A stretch of DNA of 64,000 bases, from positions 62,001 through 126,000 of the forward strand of contig NIVC01001558.1 in assembly GCA_002269645.1 (NCBI GenBank). The letters are read 5' to 3'. The stretch comes from Macrostomum lignano. Its lineage: Eukaryota. A program made the position numbers and the translations under genes. Positions within the stretch are counted from its first letter, which is position 1. Each line of letters opens with the position of its first letter. Positions 22,668 through 34,500 of the stretch are shown here, piece by piece. The notes beneath the pieces are model-generated. The model ran no database searches, was not told where the DNA came from, and saw only the letters and a program-made list of their open reading frames with translations.

Positions 22668-25600
22668 TTAGTTGACCAAGGCGGCTGGCGTCCGGCACAG
22701 AACTTCCGCCACCTCCTCCTTGGTGATCCAGATCGCTCCACTCTCTGATGACGACATCGAACTGCTGGTTGTGACGGAGTCTGACAGAGTTGCTGGTGGC
22801 TGCTGCCGGTGAGGGGGGCTCGACTGCCGGACCTGAGAGGCTGCATTTGTAGGTGTTGACCGGCCCGCTGAACAACCTGGCTTTTGTGCAGTTGGCTTTT
22901 TCTGCTCAATCTGCTTTTGCTGTTGCTGATGTTGCTGATGTTGTTCTTGTTTTTTCTGAAGCTGCAACTGCTGCTCTTCCTTCTGCTTTTGTTGTTGCTT
23001 CTGCTTTATAAGCAATGTTTGCTGCTGCTGCGGCTGGACGTGCTGTTGCTTTTTTTGTTGGTGGTCTGGTGGCACTTGTTGCGGTTGCTGCTTTTGCGGT
23101 TGTGGCTGTTGCTGCTTTTGCGGTTGTTGCGGTTGTGGCTGTTGCTGCTTTTGTAGCTGTTGTTGCTGTGGCTGTTGCTGTTGTTGTGGCTGTTGTTGCT
23201 TTTGTGGCTGTTGCTGTTGCTGTTGCTGCTTTTGCGGTTGTTGCGGTTGTGGCTGTTGCTGCTTTTGTAGCTGCTGTTGCTGTGGCTGTTGCTGCTTTTG
23301 TGGCTGTTGTTGCTTTTGTAGCTGTTGTTGTTGCTGTTGTTGTGGCTTTTGTTGCTTTTGTGGCTGTTGCTGCTTTTGCGGTTGTTGCGGTTGTGGCTGT
23401 TGCTGCTTTTCTAGCTGTTGTTGCTGTGGCTGTTGCTGCTTTTGTGGCTGTTGTTGCTTTTGTAGCTGTTGTTGTTGCTGTTGTTGTGGCTGTTGTTGCT
23501 TTTGTGGCTGTTGCTGTTGCTGTTGCTGCTTTTGCGGTTGTGGCTGTTGCTGCTTTTGTGGCTGTTGCTGTTGCTGCTTTTGCGGTTGTTGCGGTTGTGG
23601 CTGTTGCTGCTTTTGTGGCTGTTGTTGCTGTGGCTGTTGCTGTTGTTGCTTTTGTAGCTGTTGTTGTGGCTGTTGCTGCTTTTGTGGCTGTTGTTGTTCT
23701 GTCTGTTGCTGTTTCTGGTTTTGCAATGGTTTTTGCAGCAGTTGCCGCTGCTGGGGCTTTTGCATTTGTTGCTGCTGCTGTTGAGTCAGCTGTTTCACCG
23801 GCAGCGCACGCTTCTGCGTCATCTGCGTCTGCGCTTGCGCCTGGCTGCCGATGCTGGTGATTCCTCCACCCAGCCTGGCCACGGCTGACTTGTTCAACCG
23901 CACGTTGGTGGCGTTCGCCCGGCGAATCGACTGCGGCTGGCGAACTGCGTTGGCAAATCAAGGTCGGGGATGGGGATTGGTTAACAGTCACTGGCAGCCT
24001 ACCAGTTATGAGTAGTGCAGCTTACAGTTATGAGTAGTGCAGCCTACCAGTTATGAGTAGTGCAGCCTACCAGTTATGAGTAGTGCAGCCTACCAGTTAT
24101 GAGTAGTGCAGCCTACCAGTTATGAGTAGTGCAGCCTACCAGTTATGAGTAGTGCAGCCTACCAGTTATGAGTAGTGCAGCCTACCAGTTATGAGTAGTG
24201 CAGCCTACCAGTTATGAGTAGTGCAGCCTACCAGTTATGAGTAGTGCAGCCTACCAGTTATGAGTAGTGCAGCCTACCAGCTATGAGTAGTGCAGCCTAC
24301 CAGTTATGAGTAGTGCAGCCTACCAGTTATGAGTAGTGCAGCCTACCAGTTATGAGTAGTGCAGCCTACCAGTAGTCAGGAATTTAAATACTCTGTACAT
24401 TGTGTTGGCTCTGTTCGGGCGTGAATCTCCCAACAAGACCCAGACAAAAATTTCCCTGCATTAAACCGAAATTAATCTGGCCGCGCACACAGAATCAAAC
24501 TCGAGTAACAACTCGAATTTTGGTGCGAGAGACAGACTGCGGCACTCAAAGCATTTGCTCACCGGGCGAACCGCTGATGCTGGACACGCGGCCTCTGCCA
24601 GCGCTGCCGCCGCGGCCGCCGCCTCCGCCAATGAGTTTCCTCGGCGGGCCCGGCGCCCCGTCAACCGACTTCGGACGCTTAACGATGCGCGCCCGGCCGA
24701 CGCCAGCCGCTGAAGATGCCGACGGCGCTGGTGGCGAGTCCAGCCGGGAGGAGCTCACATCTTCAATGTCGGCGCTGACATCGTCCTCGTCGCAGATGGT
24801 GGAGCCGGCCTCCGAGTCGCCGCCGCCGCCGCCGCTAGATATAGTCAGGTTGAAGGTGATCGGCGACTGCTGCCGATGAATTGAGGCCGAGGCCGATGTT
24901 GAAGAAGCCGATGACGTCACCTGAAGAGTGAACCGCTGTGCCGGGCTGCCGTCCAGACTGCCGGCCGGGGAGGCATCCGAATAACCGGAGTCTTTCGAGC
25001 GGCGGCCGGCGCTGATGGAGGTCGATGAAGGCGCAGGCGGGGCTGACCTGACCGGGGTCGGTGCGACAATGCCAAGCGGCTTTCCGGCACCGCTCAGCAT
25101 CGGCTGCTGCTGCTGCTGTTGCCTTAGGACAGAAGATGAAGGCGGAGTCAGCTTTGATGATGGCGCAGCAATAGAGGAGGCCGAGCTGGACGGCTTTGCC
25201 GGAGTGGAAGCCATCACAGGCGTTGGAATTGTGCTGGGCTTGGAGCTGGCGCCGGCCTGAGGCCGCACAGTCGAAGCCGGCATGGGCAGCCTGGAGGAGG
25301 CGGTGCCGCTGGCTATAGCGGACGGACTCACGGGCACCCAGGATGTGCCGGCCACGATGGGCTTGGGCGCGGGCAGCTGAGAAACCGCTGGCACGTGGCG
25401 CACCGAAGCAATCGGCACAGGCGACGGTGCCGCCGGCGGCTTGACCTGGCCGAACAGAGCGCCTGTGGCGTCTCCATCGTCCTCGTCGTCGGTGAGGTCC
25501 AAGTCTGTGTCCGTGTCCTGCGACGCGTCAACCTCGGCCGTCAGCTCTGCGTTAGTCGCCGATGCGTGCGGACTCTCCCGAATAGCGGCGGCGTCAATCT

Positions 25601-28600
25601 CCATGGAGGAGCCGCTGAGGTCGCTGGTGTCAATATCCGACAGCTCCAGCGTGAGCTGCCCGGCGGCCGGCTCCTCGTCGCTGTGGATGCTGAAGGTGCG
25701 GCTGTCAACTGGACGTCCGGGCGCGTCGGCGCTTGTTCGACTGCCGCCGCTGCTGCTCTGTCTGTCGGCGTCGCGTAGTTCAACAGGCGACGGCGAGCTT
25801 CGCTCCTCCGTCAGGGTGTACAGCCGCCTGTCAGTGCCGGCGTGGAGCCTGCAGGCCAGGCGGTGGTGCTGATGGACCAGGTGGATCTTGCTGCTGCTGC
25901 TGCTGCTGCCGGGGCGGGTTGACGCGGCGGCGCCGGCGGCGGCAGCCGATGCTGATGGCGGGCCGCCCCGGTTAACGACGCTTGGGTTTTCGGTTTCGAC
26001 GGCCCCGCCTCGCTGCTGGCCGACTCCGCTAGCGGCTGTTGCTGCTGCTGCGGCCGTTGCTTTCTTCCGTCGAAACCTATCCAGAAAAAAGACGCCTTGC
26101 TGTTGCTGCTCGCGCTGCTGTCGCCGCCCTCGCCATTGGAATCGATGGCTGGCCTCGCACGGGCGGCCGCTAACTGCTGCTGCTGTTTCTTTGGCATAGC
26201 AGAAGAAATGCAGGCTTCAAGCAGTTGGTCGGCGTTGTCGCTTGAGCAGCTGGATGACCGGCTGGAGGTCTGCGCCGATGTCCGGTAGGAAAAGTGGGCC
26301 GGCGTGTCCTCGGTTTTGTAGGTGACCTGCGGGTCAGGCGTTGAAATTCTTTTCTATCTACCTACAATCACTGACAACTGAGTGTATGAATGAGAGCTGC
26401 AGCAGTGCTTTTAAAATTAACCTGCCTGTAAGATCTCATCGGATTATTTATAACATTCCTTATGAAATCTCTGGTATATATGTCTTCTTTGTGAGAACTC
26501 ATAGGAATGTTGCTAATGTTCCTTGTGAGATCTTATAAGAATCTTGCTAATCTTCCTTGTGAAATCTCATAGCAATGCTACCAATTCTACTTGTGAGATC
26601 TCATAGCAATGCTACTAATCTTCCTTGTGAGATCTCATAGCAATGCTACTCATCTTCCTTGTGAGATCTCATAAATGCTACCAATCTTCCTTGTGAGCCC
26701 TCATAGCAATGCTACTCATCTTCCTTGTGAGATCTTATAAGAATCTTGCTAATCTTCCTTGTGAAATCTCATAGCAATGCTACCAATCCTCATTGTGAGC
26801 CCTCATAGCAATGCTACCAATCTTCCTTGTGAGATCTTATAGCAATGCTACCAATCTTCCTTGTGAGATCTCATAAATGCTACCAATCTTCCTTGTGAGC
26901 CCTCATAGCAATGCTACTCATCTTCCTTGTGAGATCTTATAAGAATCTTGCTAATCTTCCTTGTGAAATCTCATAGCAATGCTACCAATCCTCCTTGTGA
27001 GCCCTCATAGCAATGCTACTAATCTTCCTTGTGAGCCCTCATAGCAATGCTACTAATCTTCCTTGTGAGATCTCATAAATGCTACCAATCTTCCTTGTGA
27101 GATCTCATAGCAATGCTACTAATCTTCCTTGTGAGATCTCATAGCAATGCTACTAATCTTCCTTGTGAGCCCTCATAGCAATGCTACTAATCTTCCTTGT
27201 GAGATCTCATAAATGCTACCAATCTTCCTTGTGAGATCTCATAGCAATGCTACTAATCTTCCTTGTGAGATCTCATAGCAATGCTACTAATCTTCCTTGT
27301 GAGATCTCATAGCAATGCTACTAATCTTCCTTGTGAGATCTCATAAATGCTACCAATCTTCCTTGTGAGATCTCATAGCAATGCTACCAATCTTCCTTGT
27401 GAGATCTCATTGAAATGCTGAAAGATGCTCGCGCCCACTCCACTATCAAGCAGACACTCACCGTCTTCTCATCGCACTGAACGCCAACAGCACCGCGAGT
27501 GGAGCGACCGGCCACAGCAGCTCCGACGCCGGACTGTACAGGTCCGATGTCCTCTTCATCGTCTTCCTCGTGGATGACATTGCCAGCCACCTCGTGCTCG
27601 TCCAGCTCGTCCTCCTCGTCCTCGATGCCCAAGCCGATGTCTATGGCCTCCTCTTCATCCTCCTCGTCCTCAATGGCCAGCGCTGCTGCCACTTCGTCCA
27701 CTTCGTCGTCGTCATCGTCGCGCTCTTCGACACCCCTAGCTAAACCGAGAGACAGCGCTGGCGCCGACTGCTGCTGCTGCTGCTGCTGCTGTTGCTGTGC
27801 CGGAGCGCCGTCAGCGGCGCCGTAGTTCAAATCGACACTAGACGGCGGAGACGGAGTGTGCTCAACGTGGAACACAGTTGGCCGGTCGTCAGTCACAGTT
27901 GTGATGGTTTTAGCCGCGGCATGGGCTCTGGATGGCGGCATGCCGCTGCGAATGCAGTCCTGCAGGATCTGCGAGTCCAGACCGTCGTCTTCGTCTTTTG
28001 ACGAGGAGGAAGCGGCTGAGGAAGCCTTGCTGGCGCTGCCTGGTCGGCGATGCCGCCCTGCGGCTCCAGGAATTTGTTGGGGCTGCGTTGAACGTTGAAC
28101 TGTCCGCGTCTGCGGTTGCTGCTGTTGCTGCTGTTGTTGAACCAACTGAGGCTGTGGAGGCTGCATGGGCTCAGATGGCGTGTCCGGCAGGTAGCTGGGC
28201 GAGAGCGGCGGCCCGGCGGAGCGGCCGCCAGTGCCGGCGCTGTAGGAGCTGGCGCGGGACGAGCGCAGCGAATCGAGGCCGACGCTGTCCAAGGAGTGGC
28301 CAGACGAGCCCCGGCTGAACACCAACGGCGTCGGCTGCACGGAGCCGCCGGGCGCCGAGGCGGATGCGGAAGCAGCTGGCGTGGCCGCAGTCGATTCGGC
28401 CACTGCTGCTGCTGCAGTGACAGATGCACTGGCGCCGGCGCAGCCATCCGTGCCGTCCTGCCCGCCAGCAACAGAGCCGGCAAGGCGGACGCACTGCGGC
28501 AGGGTCAGCTCCGACTGGCCGGACGAATTGTAGTGCACGGAGGCCGATAGCGGCTGCTGGCCGGATCGGTCATGGGTCACGTCGGACACGGCGCTGCGCA

Positions 28601-31533
28601 GGCTTTCCTGGCTGGCCGAGCGCTGCGGACTGCACAGAAGTGGCCGGGGCGACGAGCTTGGTGTTCCCGCTGCCTTCCCAGATGCCGACGCCGGAGCTGC
28701 CGATGCCGTTGCTGTCGCCGACTGGCGTCCGGCATGCTGACTGCTGCTGCTACTGAGGCTTCGGCTGCCGGCGCTATTGTTGCTGCTGCAGCCAGTGCCG
28801 GCGCCAGTGTGGGGCGGCGGCAGCTCAGCCGAATCGTGCAGCCTGGCTGAGACCAAATTCTTCAGGGCGCTGGCGCTGGCCAGGCGAATCACCTGGTGGA
28901 GTTGGCGATGTTGCATTGGAGATGCATTGCAGTGGGCTAGATTAGCAATCCATTACATCCCACTATATGCGGGATAGATTAGCAATCCATTACATCCCAC
29001 TATATGCGGGATAGATTAGCAATCCATTACATCCCATTGTCTCTGGGATAGATTAGCAATCCATTACATCCCACTATATACGGGATAGATTAGCAATCCA
29101 TTACATCCCACTGTCTATGGGCTAGATTAGCAATCCATTAGATCCCATTGTCTCTGGGCTAGATTAGCAATCCAATACATCCCACTATTTACGGGCTAGA
29201 TTAGCAATCCATTACATCCCACTATTTACGGGCTAGATTAGCAATCCCTTACATCCCACTATTTACGGGCTAGATTAGCAATCCCTTACATCCCACTATT
29301 TACGGGCTAGATTAGCAATCCCTTACATCCCACTATTTACGGGCTAGATTAGCAATCCCTTACATCCCACTATTTACGGGCTAGATTAGCAATCCCTTAC
29401 ATCCCACTATTTACGGGCTAGATTAGCAATCCCTTACATCCCACTATTTACGGGCTAGATTAGCAATCCCTTACATCCCACTATTTACGGGCTAGATTAG
29501 CAATCCCTTACATCCCACTATTTACGGGCTAGATTAGCAATCCCTTACATCCCACTATTTACGGGCTAGATTAGCAATCCCTTACATCCCACTATATGCT
29601 ATTAGGCATGCATAGACGCTATCAAATCACCTTGTGCTTAGACTGAATGAGACAGCGCAGCATTGGCACGGCGCCAAGGCGGGTCAGCAGTCTCTGATCG
29701 GCCAGATGATTAGAAGACAGATTCCACAGAATGCCGCAGGCGTTAGCAACCACAGTTAAAGAGGCTGAGCGCAGCTGGGTGAGCAGAACAGGAAAAGCAG
29801 GCCTAACAGCTGAGCGGAGATCCTCGCGCACGGCCACAACCGAGCTGATGTTGCGCAACACGCCGCCGCCAGTCTCGGCCAGGCTGGGGTTGCAGGTGAG
29901 ACAGGCGCACAGCAGGCTGAGAGAGCCGGGCACAGCGCAGATGGCCTCCTTGTTGGCTGTGGAGTGGGCCGACAGGTTCCACAGGGCCGACAGCAGGCTG
30001 CGAAGGGTGGTCTCTCGCCTAACCTGGAGAGAGAGTGCAAGAATAATAAGGCAAAGTAGATGATTAAGAATAAAAGGAGAGAAGAAAAAGGAAAATAAGA
30101 CAAGGTCGAAAGAGGAAGAAGAAGAGGAAGAAGTAGAGGAAGAAGAAGAAGAAGAATAATAATAAGAAGAAGAAGAAGGAGAAGAAGAAGAAGAAGAAGA
30201 AGGAGAAACAGAAGAAGAAATAGAAGAAGAAAAAGAAGAACTGCTAACTCTTACAGGTCACAGTTCAATTCGCAATACAACAGCATATATATGCATAGAG
30301 ACAACCAACCTGAAGCGCCGCTCTCGTCAGTACACCGGCCGCGCCAAGCCGGCCAAGAACGGCCCGACACTCGGCGTCCGCCTGCCAGCTAAGATTTCTA
30401 ATAACGGCGGCGGTCACCTGGCAGAGCTCCTCCTCAACCGGTTGGGCAACGCCGACGGCTAATCCGGGCGGCGATTTCAGCTGTTCAACGAGCGACCAGA
30501 CGGCCGGCGCCCGGAGGCAAACGCGACGCTTGCAGGCGGCATCGCCGTAGCTCAAGTTAGTGAGAGCGCTGGCGGCGTAGCGGCGCAGAAATAGGCTGCA
30601 TGGCGGCGGCCGGTACTGGGTGCGGCAGAAGTCGACAAGCAGCAGGTCGGACAGGCACTCAACTCCGCCCAATTCAGCTATGGCTGGCCGGTCAGTGTCC
30701 GAGTAGGACAGTTCAAGCAGCACGGACAGGGCGCTGCAGCAGCGGTCGCGCAGGGCGTCAACGGCAACTTCGGCAGGTGGAGGAGACGACAAGGAGGCCA
30801 GCTGGCCGCAGCGGCACAGCACAGCACGGACGGCATCGCAGTAGGCGCGCACCTGGTCCAGGTGGCACAGGATGAGCTTCTCCTTGGCGCCAGCCTCCGG
30901 ACAAGCGGCCAGATTAGCCAGTATTTGAGCTGCCCGGTCTCGCACTGGCCTGGGCGGCAGGCTAGCGTGCGGGCTCGGACAGCGGGACTCCGGACAGGGG
31001 TCGCGGGTCTCCGGGCCGTACAGCAGCGGCAGCACGAGCCCAAACGGCTGGCCCTGGCGAAGGCGGCTGCAGTCCACGGGATCGGTGGACATCCGCAGCA
31101 GCGCCTGGCTGAGTTGATCCGGATCGTCGGCCGGAGCGCCGCCGGCGCCGTCAAGAGAATCGAGATCGTCTAAATCGGCGAGGGCGCACGTTGAAGTGAC
31201 GGTTGACTCGTCCAGATGCTGCTGCCGCTGGCTCCGCTGTTGCTGCTGTTGGCGCCGGTGCTGTCCAGTCCGGGAGCCGGCAAGGCTGGCCGCGGGACTG
31301 GCCGGGCTGTTCAGCGGCGGCGGCTGGGCGATGCCGGCAGAGGCTGCGGCGGCTGCCGACGACTCGTCGGCGGCGTAGACGCTGGCCAGCCAGGCGGACA
31401 GTTGAGCAGATGCTCGAGAGGCGGACGCGGCTGCAGTTGCTGACGTAGCTGTCGCTCGGCCATGATGGCGCTGCTGCTGCTGCTGCTGGTGCTGGTGTTG
31501 TTGCGATTGCACAGGAGCGGCAGTGATTGGCAT
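22668..31533 (-). CDS. apc: adenomatous polyposis coli (APC) orthologue, at least 5 exons, about 2000 aa
   Basis: Exons 31533-30310, 30023-29631, 28892-27462, 26326-24563 (frame switch near 26085), 23944-22668. Arm repeats ALQ|VRRETTLRSLLSALWNLSAHSTANKEAICAVPG, GGGVLRNISS, SKHK|VIRLASASALKNL match APC. 20-aa-repeat-like TPLVFSRGSS and TEDTPAHFSYRTS; SAMP motifs ILQDCIRSGMP and LLEACISSAMPKK. An upstream exon cannot be excluded. Confidence 0.9.
23030..23720 (-). repeat. coding Q/K/P-rich repeat (QKQQQPQQQ) in the APC terminal exon
   Basis: CAA/CAG-rich tandem in ORF 22668..23903, entered in phase 1 from the acceptor at 23945. Confidence 0.85.
23994..24373. repeat. 23-bp intronic minisatellite (CAGCCTACCAGTTATGAGTAGTG)
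   Basis: About 16 near-identical copies in APC intron 24562-23945. Confidence 0.95.
26515..27410. repeat. about 31-34-bp intronic minisatellite (TTCCTTGTGAGATCTCATAGCAATGCTACTAATC)
   Basis: Fills APC intron 27461-26327. Confidence 0.95.
28934..29598. repeat. 37-bp intronic minisatellite (GGGCTAGATTAGCAATCCCTTACATCCCACTATTTAC)
   Basis: Fills APC intron 29630-28893; the right-hand part consists of identical copies. Confidence 0.95.
30085..30240. repeat. GAA-rich purine tract in an APC intron
   Basis: (GAA)n with GAG/TAA interruptions. Confidence 0.9.
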
Positions 31534-34500
31534 TGCCTGGGCCTGGAGAGCTCGCAGCCTATATGGGGGGGATTAAGATGAGTGTTACTTTTTATCAACT
31601 TATCTACTATTAGTAGGAATAATAGAACAGTATATACCAAGTTTGAGAATATTTGCTAAGCCTCGAGAGCCGCAGGCGCGTATAGCTTCTCAAGATCAGG
31701 GGTTAAATTTATATTTATGCATTAATTTTCGCGTTGAAGGTGTTGAATATCTAATAAACTGTCATGATTTTAATCTCTATGGCTTAGGGTTCTGATAACG
31801 AATCAAAGTGTTATAGTTAATTCAGTTACCAATGCCCCTCTTGACCATGGCAGGAAAATGACCAGCCAATACAGTGGTAAATTGAGTGGCAAATTCAGAG
31901 AGCAGCTCCGAAGACCTGAGCTGTGATAAAGGCAGCGGTAGAGAGGAAATTGACTTTAGAAACTGAAGGCGAGGCTGTAGAAAAATAATAACGGCTACTG
32001 GGATGAAAGAGCTGGGCAGGCAGGCAAATGAGGGCGGTTTAGTTATCCCTCGGCTATGCAGAAGAAATCGATGGGATCTTACTACAGCCGCACAGTTATA
32101 TATAAAGTTGAAGCTATTTTGTGAATAGGCCGCATAGCAGCTTAGTAAGTAGCAAGGTTATGCAGGCTACGCTATCCAACATTAGCAATCACTCTGCGCA
32201 GCAAAAAGGTGAATGCCCAGCACATATAAATACTGACGGGGCGATTCTCATTTAGAAGCGTCTCAGTTCGCTTAAACGAGGATTTTAAATGACAGGGATT
32301 GGCGGCAAGCCCAGCGTGGGCGCGCACAGACTGATGAGTCATTCAAACAAGCGCTATTTGCCATTTTTTGCCTTAAACTGCACAGCAGGAGTCGGCGCGC
32401 GTGCGTTCGAGCGTATTTTTTTCCCACTGGTGTCTTGCCTGGACGGGGGAATCAAAGAAGAGAATTAATTGAAGCGGGCCGGCATACCAAGGTTCGGTAG
32501 ATAAAATGCCGCTTTATCAATAGATTTTCCGTGTGCTCGTTTCGCTCTATCCGCTGTGATCCAGAAGCAACAGCAACACCCCTTGCCAATTGCCAAATAG
32601 ATGCACTACTGGACTACTGGGCGCACAAACCAGCAACAACAACAACAGAAGGAAACTGTTGCAAACTGTTGAAAATGGTTGCCCCCCTCAGTTTACAATT
32701 TGCAAAAAAGCAACACGATGCCGGATTGAGGCAAGAGAGCCCGGGCGTGTCGTCTGGACAGGACTGTGACAGTTGAATTGGACGAAGATGATTAAGCAGT
32801 TTGCTTGCATTTTCCCCTTCCAGACCAATGTGTTTTTTTCTTTTCAATTCCTCTTCGCCCGGAACACACTGGCCAATTAATCAGTGTCGTTAGTGCGCGA
32901 AAGTGATCGGCTGGGTAATTGGCCCTGGCCCGAATAGAGACCAAGCGAGTGGGCGTATTGAGTTACGCAGCGCGGTACGCAGAAGCAACTGTGTTTTTTT
33001 TTTTGCAGACTTGAGCGGCACTGAATTGAACAATTGGCTCTTGCAAGAGAAAGCAACACAGACTGGCTTCCAAAGCATTGATTTGATGCCAATGCTAGTT
33101 CTAGTTAGTGCATATAGTTAGTTGCAAATAAATTCGCCTTCCGGATCCAAGCTCATCACAATGGCACTGTGAAAAAGTGCCTCAGCTGCCGTAGGAAACC
33201 TATTATCTCATTTCTGGCATCGGAGAGAATTATTGTCCCCATTGTGTTTTCATAGGAAGCCTAGCAACTGCACGCTTCCGTTCAATGCTGTGTGAGCGCA
33301 TTTTATACATTATTTCTCCAATTCACAGTGAGCTGTGATGCGAACCAAGCCTGGGAGATGATTGGATATTAAGGAGAGGCAAAGCAAGCGGGGAAGCTTG
33401 TTGATGGCATTGTGAGATAGGAGCAAAGGGTTGGAAAGACTCAATAGCGAACAAGTCGATCTCATTAAGCCAAATAATGAAGCTAAATATAATATATGGT
33501 TGCCAAGAGGATACTGGGGGAGTACGTATTGAATAAAATATTATCAATAATTGTAGATTCTAACCAACGATGACGAAGATGTGAACTGCTCGTGATTTAA
33601 ACTTTCTCAGGCTCCCCTGGGTGGAAGTTCGCACCACCATATTGCGGAAAAGAGCCTTGGTGAATTATATTTTAACAAAAATCTGACCTGACCAGCGGAA
33701 CACAATTTTGTATTAGTGCAGCAGAGTTGGCTTTCACAAGGGCAGCTGTGTATTGCTAATGATTTAATCGCTACAGTCAATATTCACTTTAATATCCAAA
33801 GCTTTGCCGCCTGTGCTAATATGCATGCAACTGATCAGTATCAAATAGCAGCGGTCGGACGCGAACAATTGAAGCAAACAGAAAAACACAACGGTCAAGA
33901 GTTGTCAGTAAAAGCAGTAGATTGGTATCTAAATAACATTTTACAGTTTTCTAAAAGTGCACTGTGCCATCCAAAAAAGTCTATCAATTGATTTGCCCTG
34001 CTCTTATATGATTAACACAATTAGTCAGTATAGAGTATGTAGCTATGTGTAATTAGTGCAGCTAGACATTGTGGCCCTCTTTGACAGTCAGACTCCTGGC
34101 AATAGCGGAATTGGTGCAGAGGCACTGTTACCACAGCCCCAGCCAGGGAAACTACAGCTCAGTGAAATAGACTGATATGGATATGGGAATTTTAAAAAAG
34201 ACAGCCAAACTCGGTCCATGCAAACGAGATGCGGAAGGGAAAGCGTGGTGGCTCATTTCTGGGTTCAGCAGTCGCCGTGGGAATTGGGTTAGATGAGAGC
34301 AGGGCAAGGGAATGAGAGTGGGGGGGGGGGTAAGAGGGAAAACACTAGCAGCATGAGCAGGCTTTGGGAGGGGGAGGGCGGCGGTTGAAGAAGGCGAATA
34401 AAGCGGGGACTCTGCGTCTGCAGGCTCCCCCATGCCGAAATCCCCACACGGCGTCGCCTCGGCCGCAGCAGCAGCAGACAGACGCGCGCACCATACAGAG

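Noticed and set aside
22906-23991. Thr/Ala-rich and Val/Ala-rich ORFs overlapping the APC polyQ exon
   Set aside because: Alternative frames of CAG/CAA repeats; only the Q frame matches the phase-1 acceptor at 23945.
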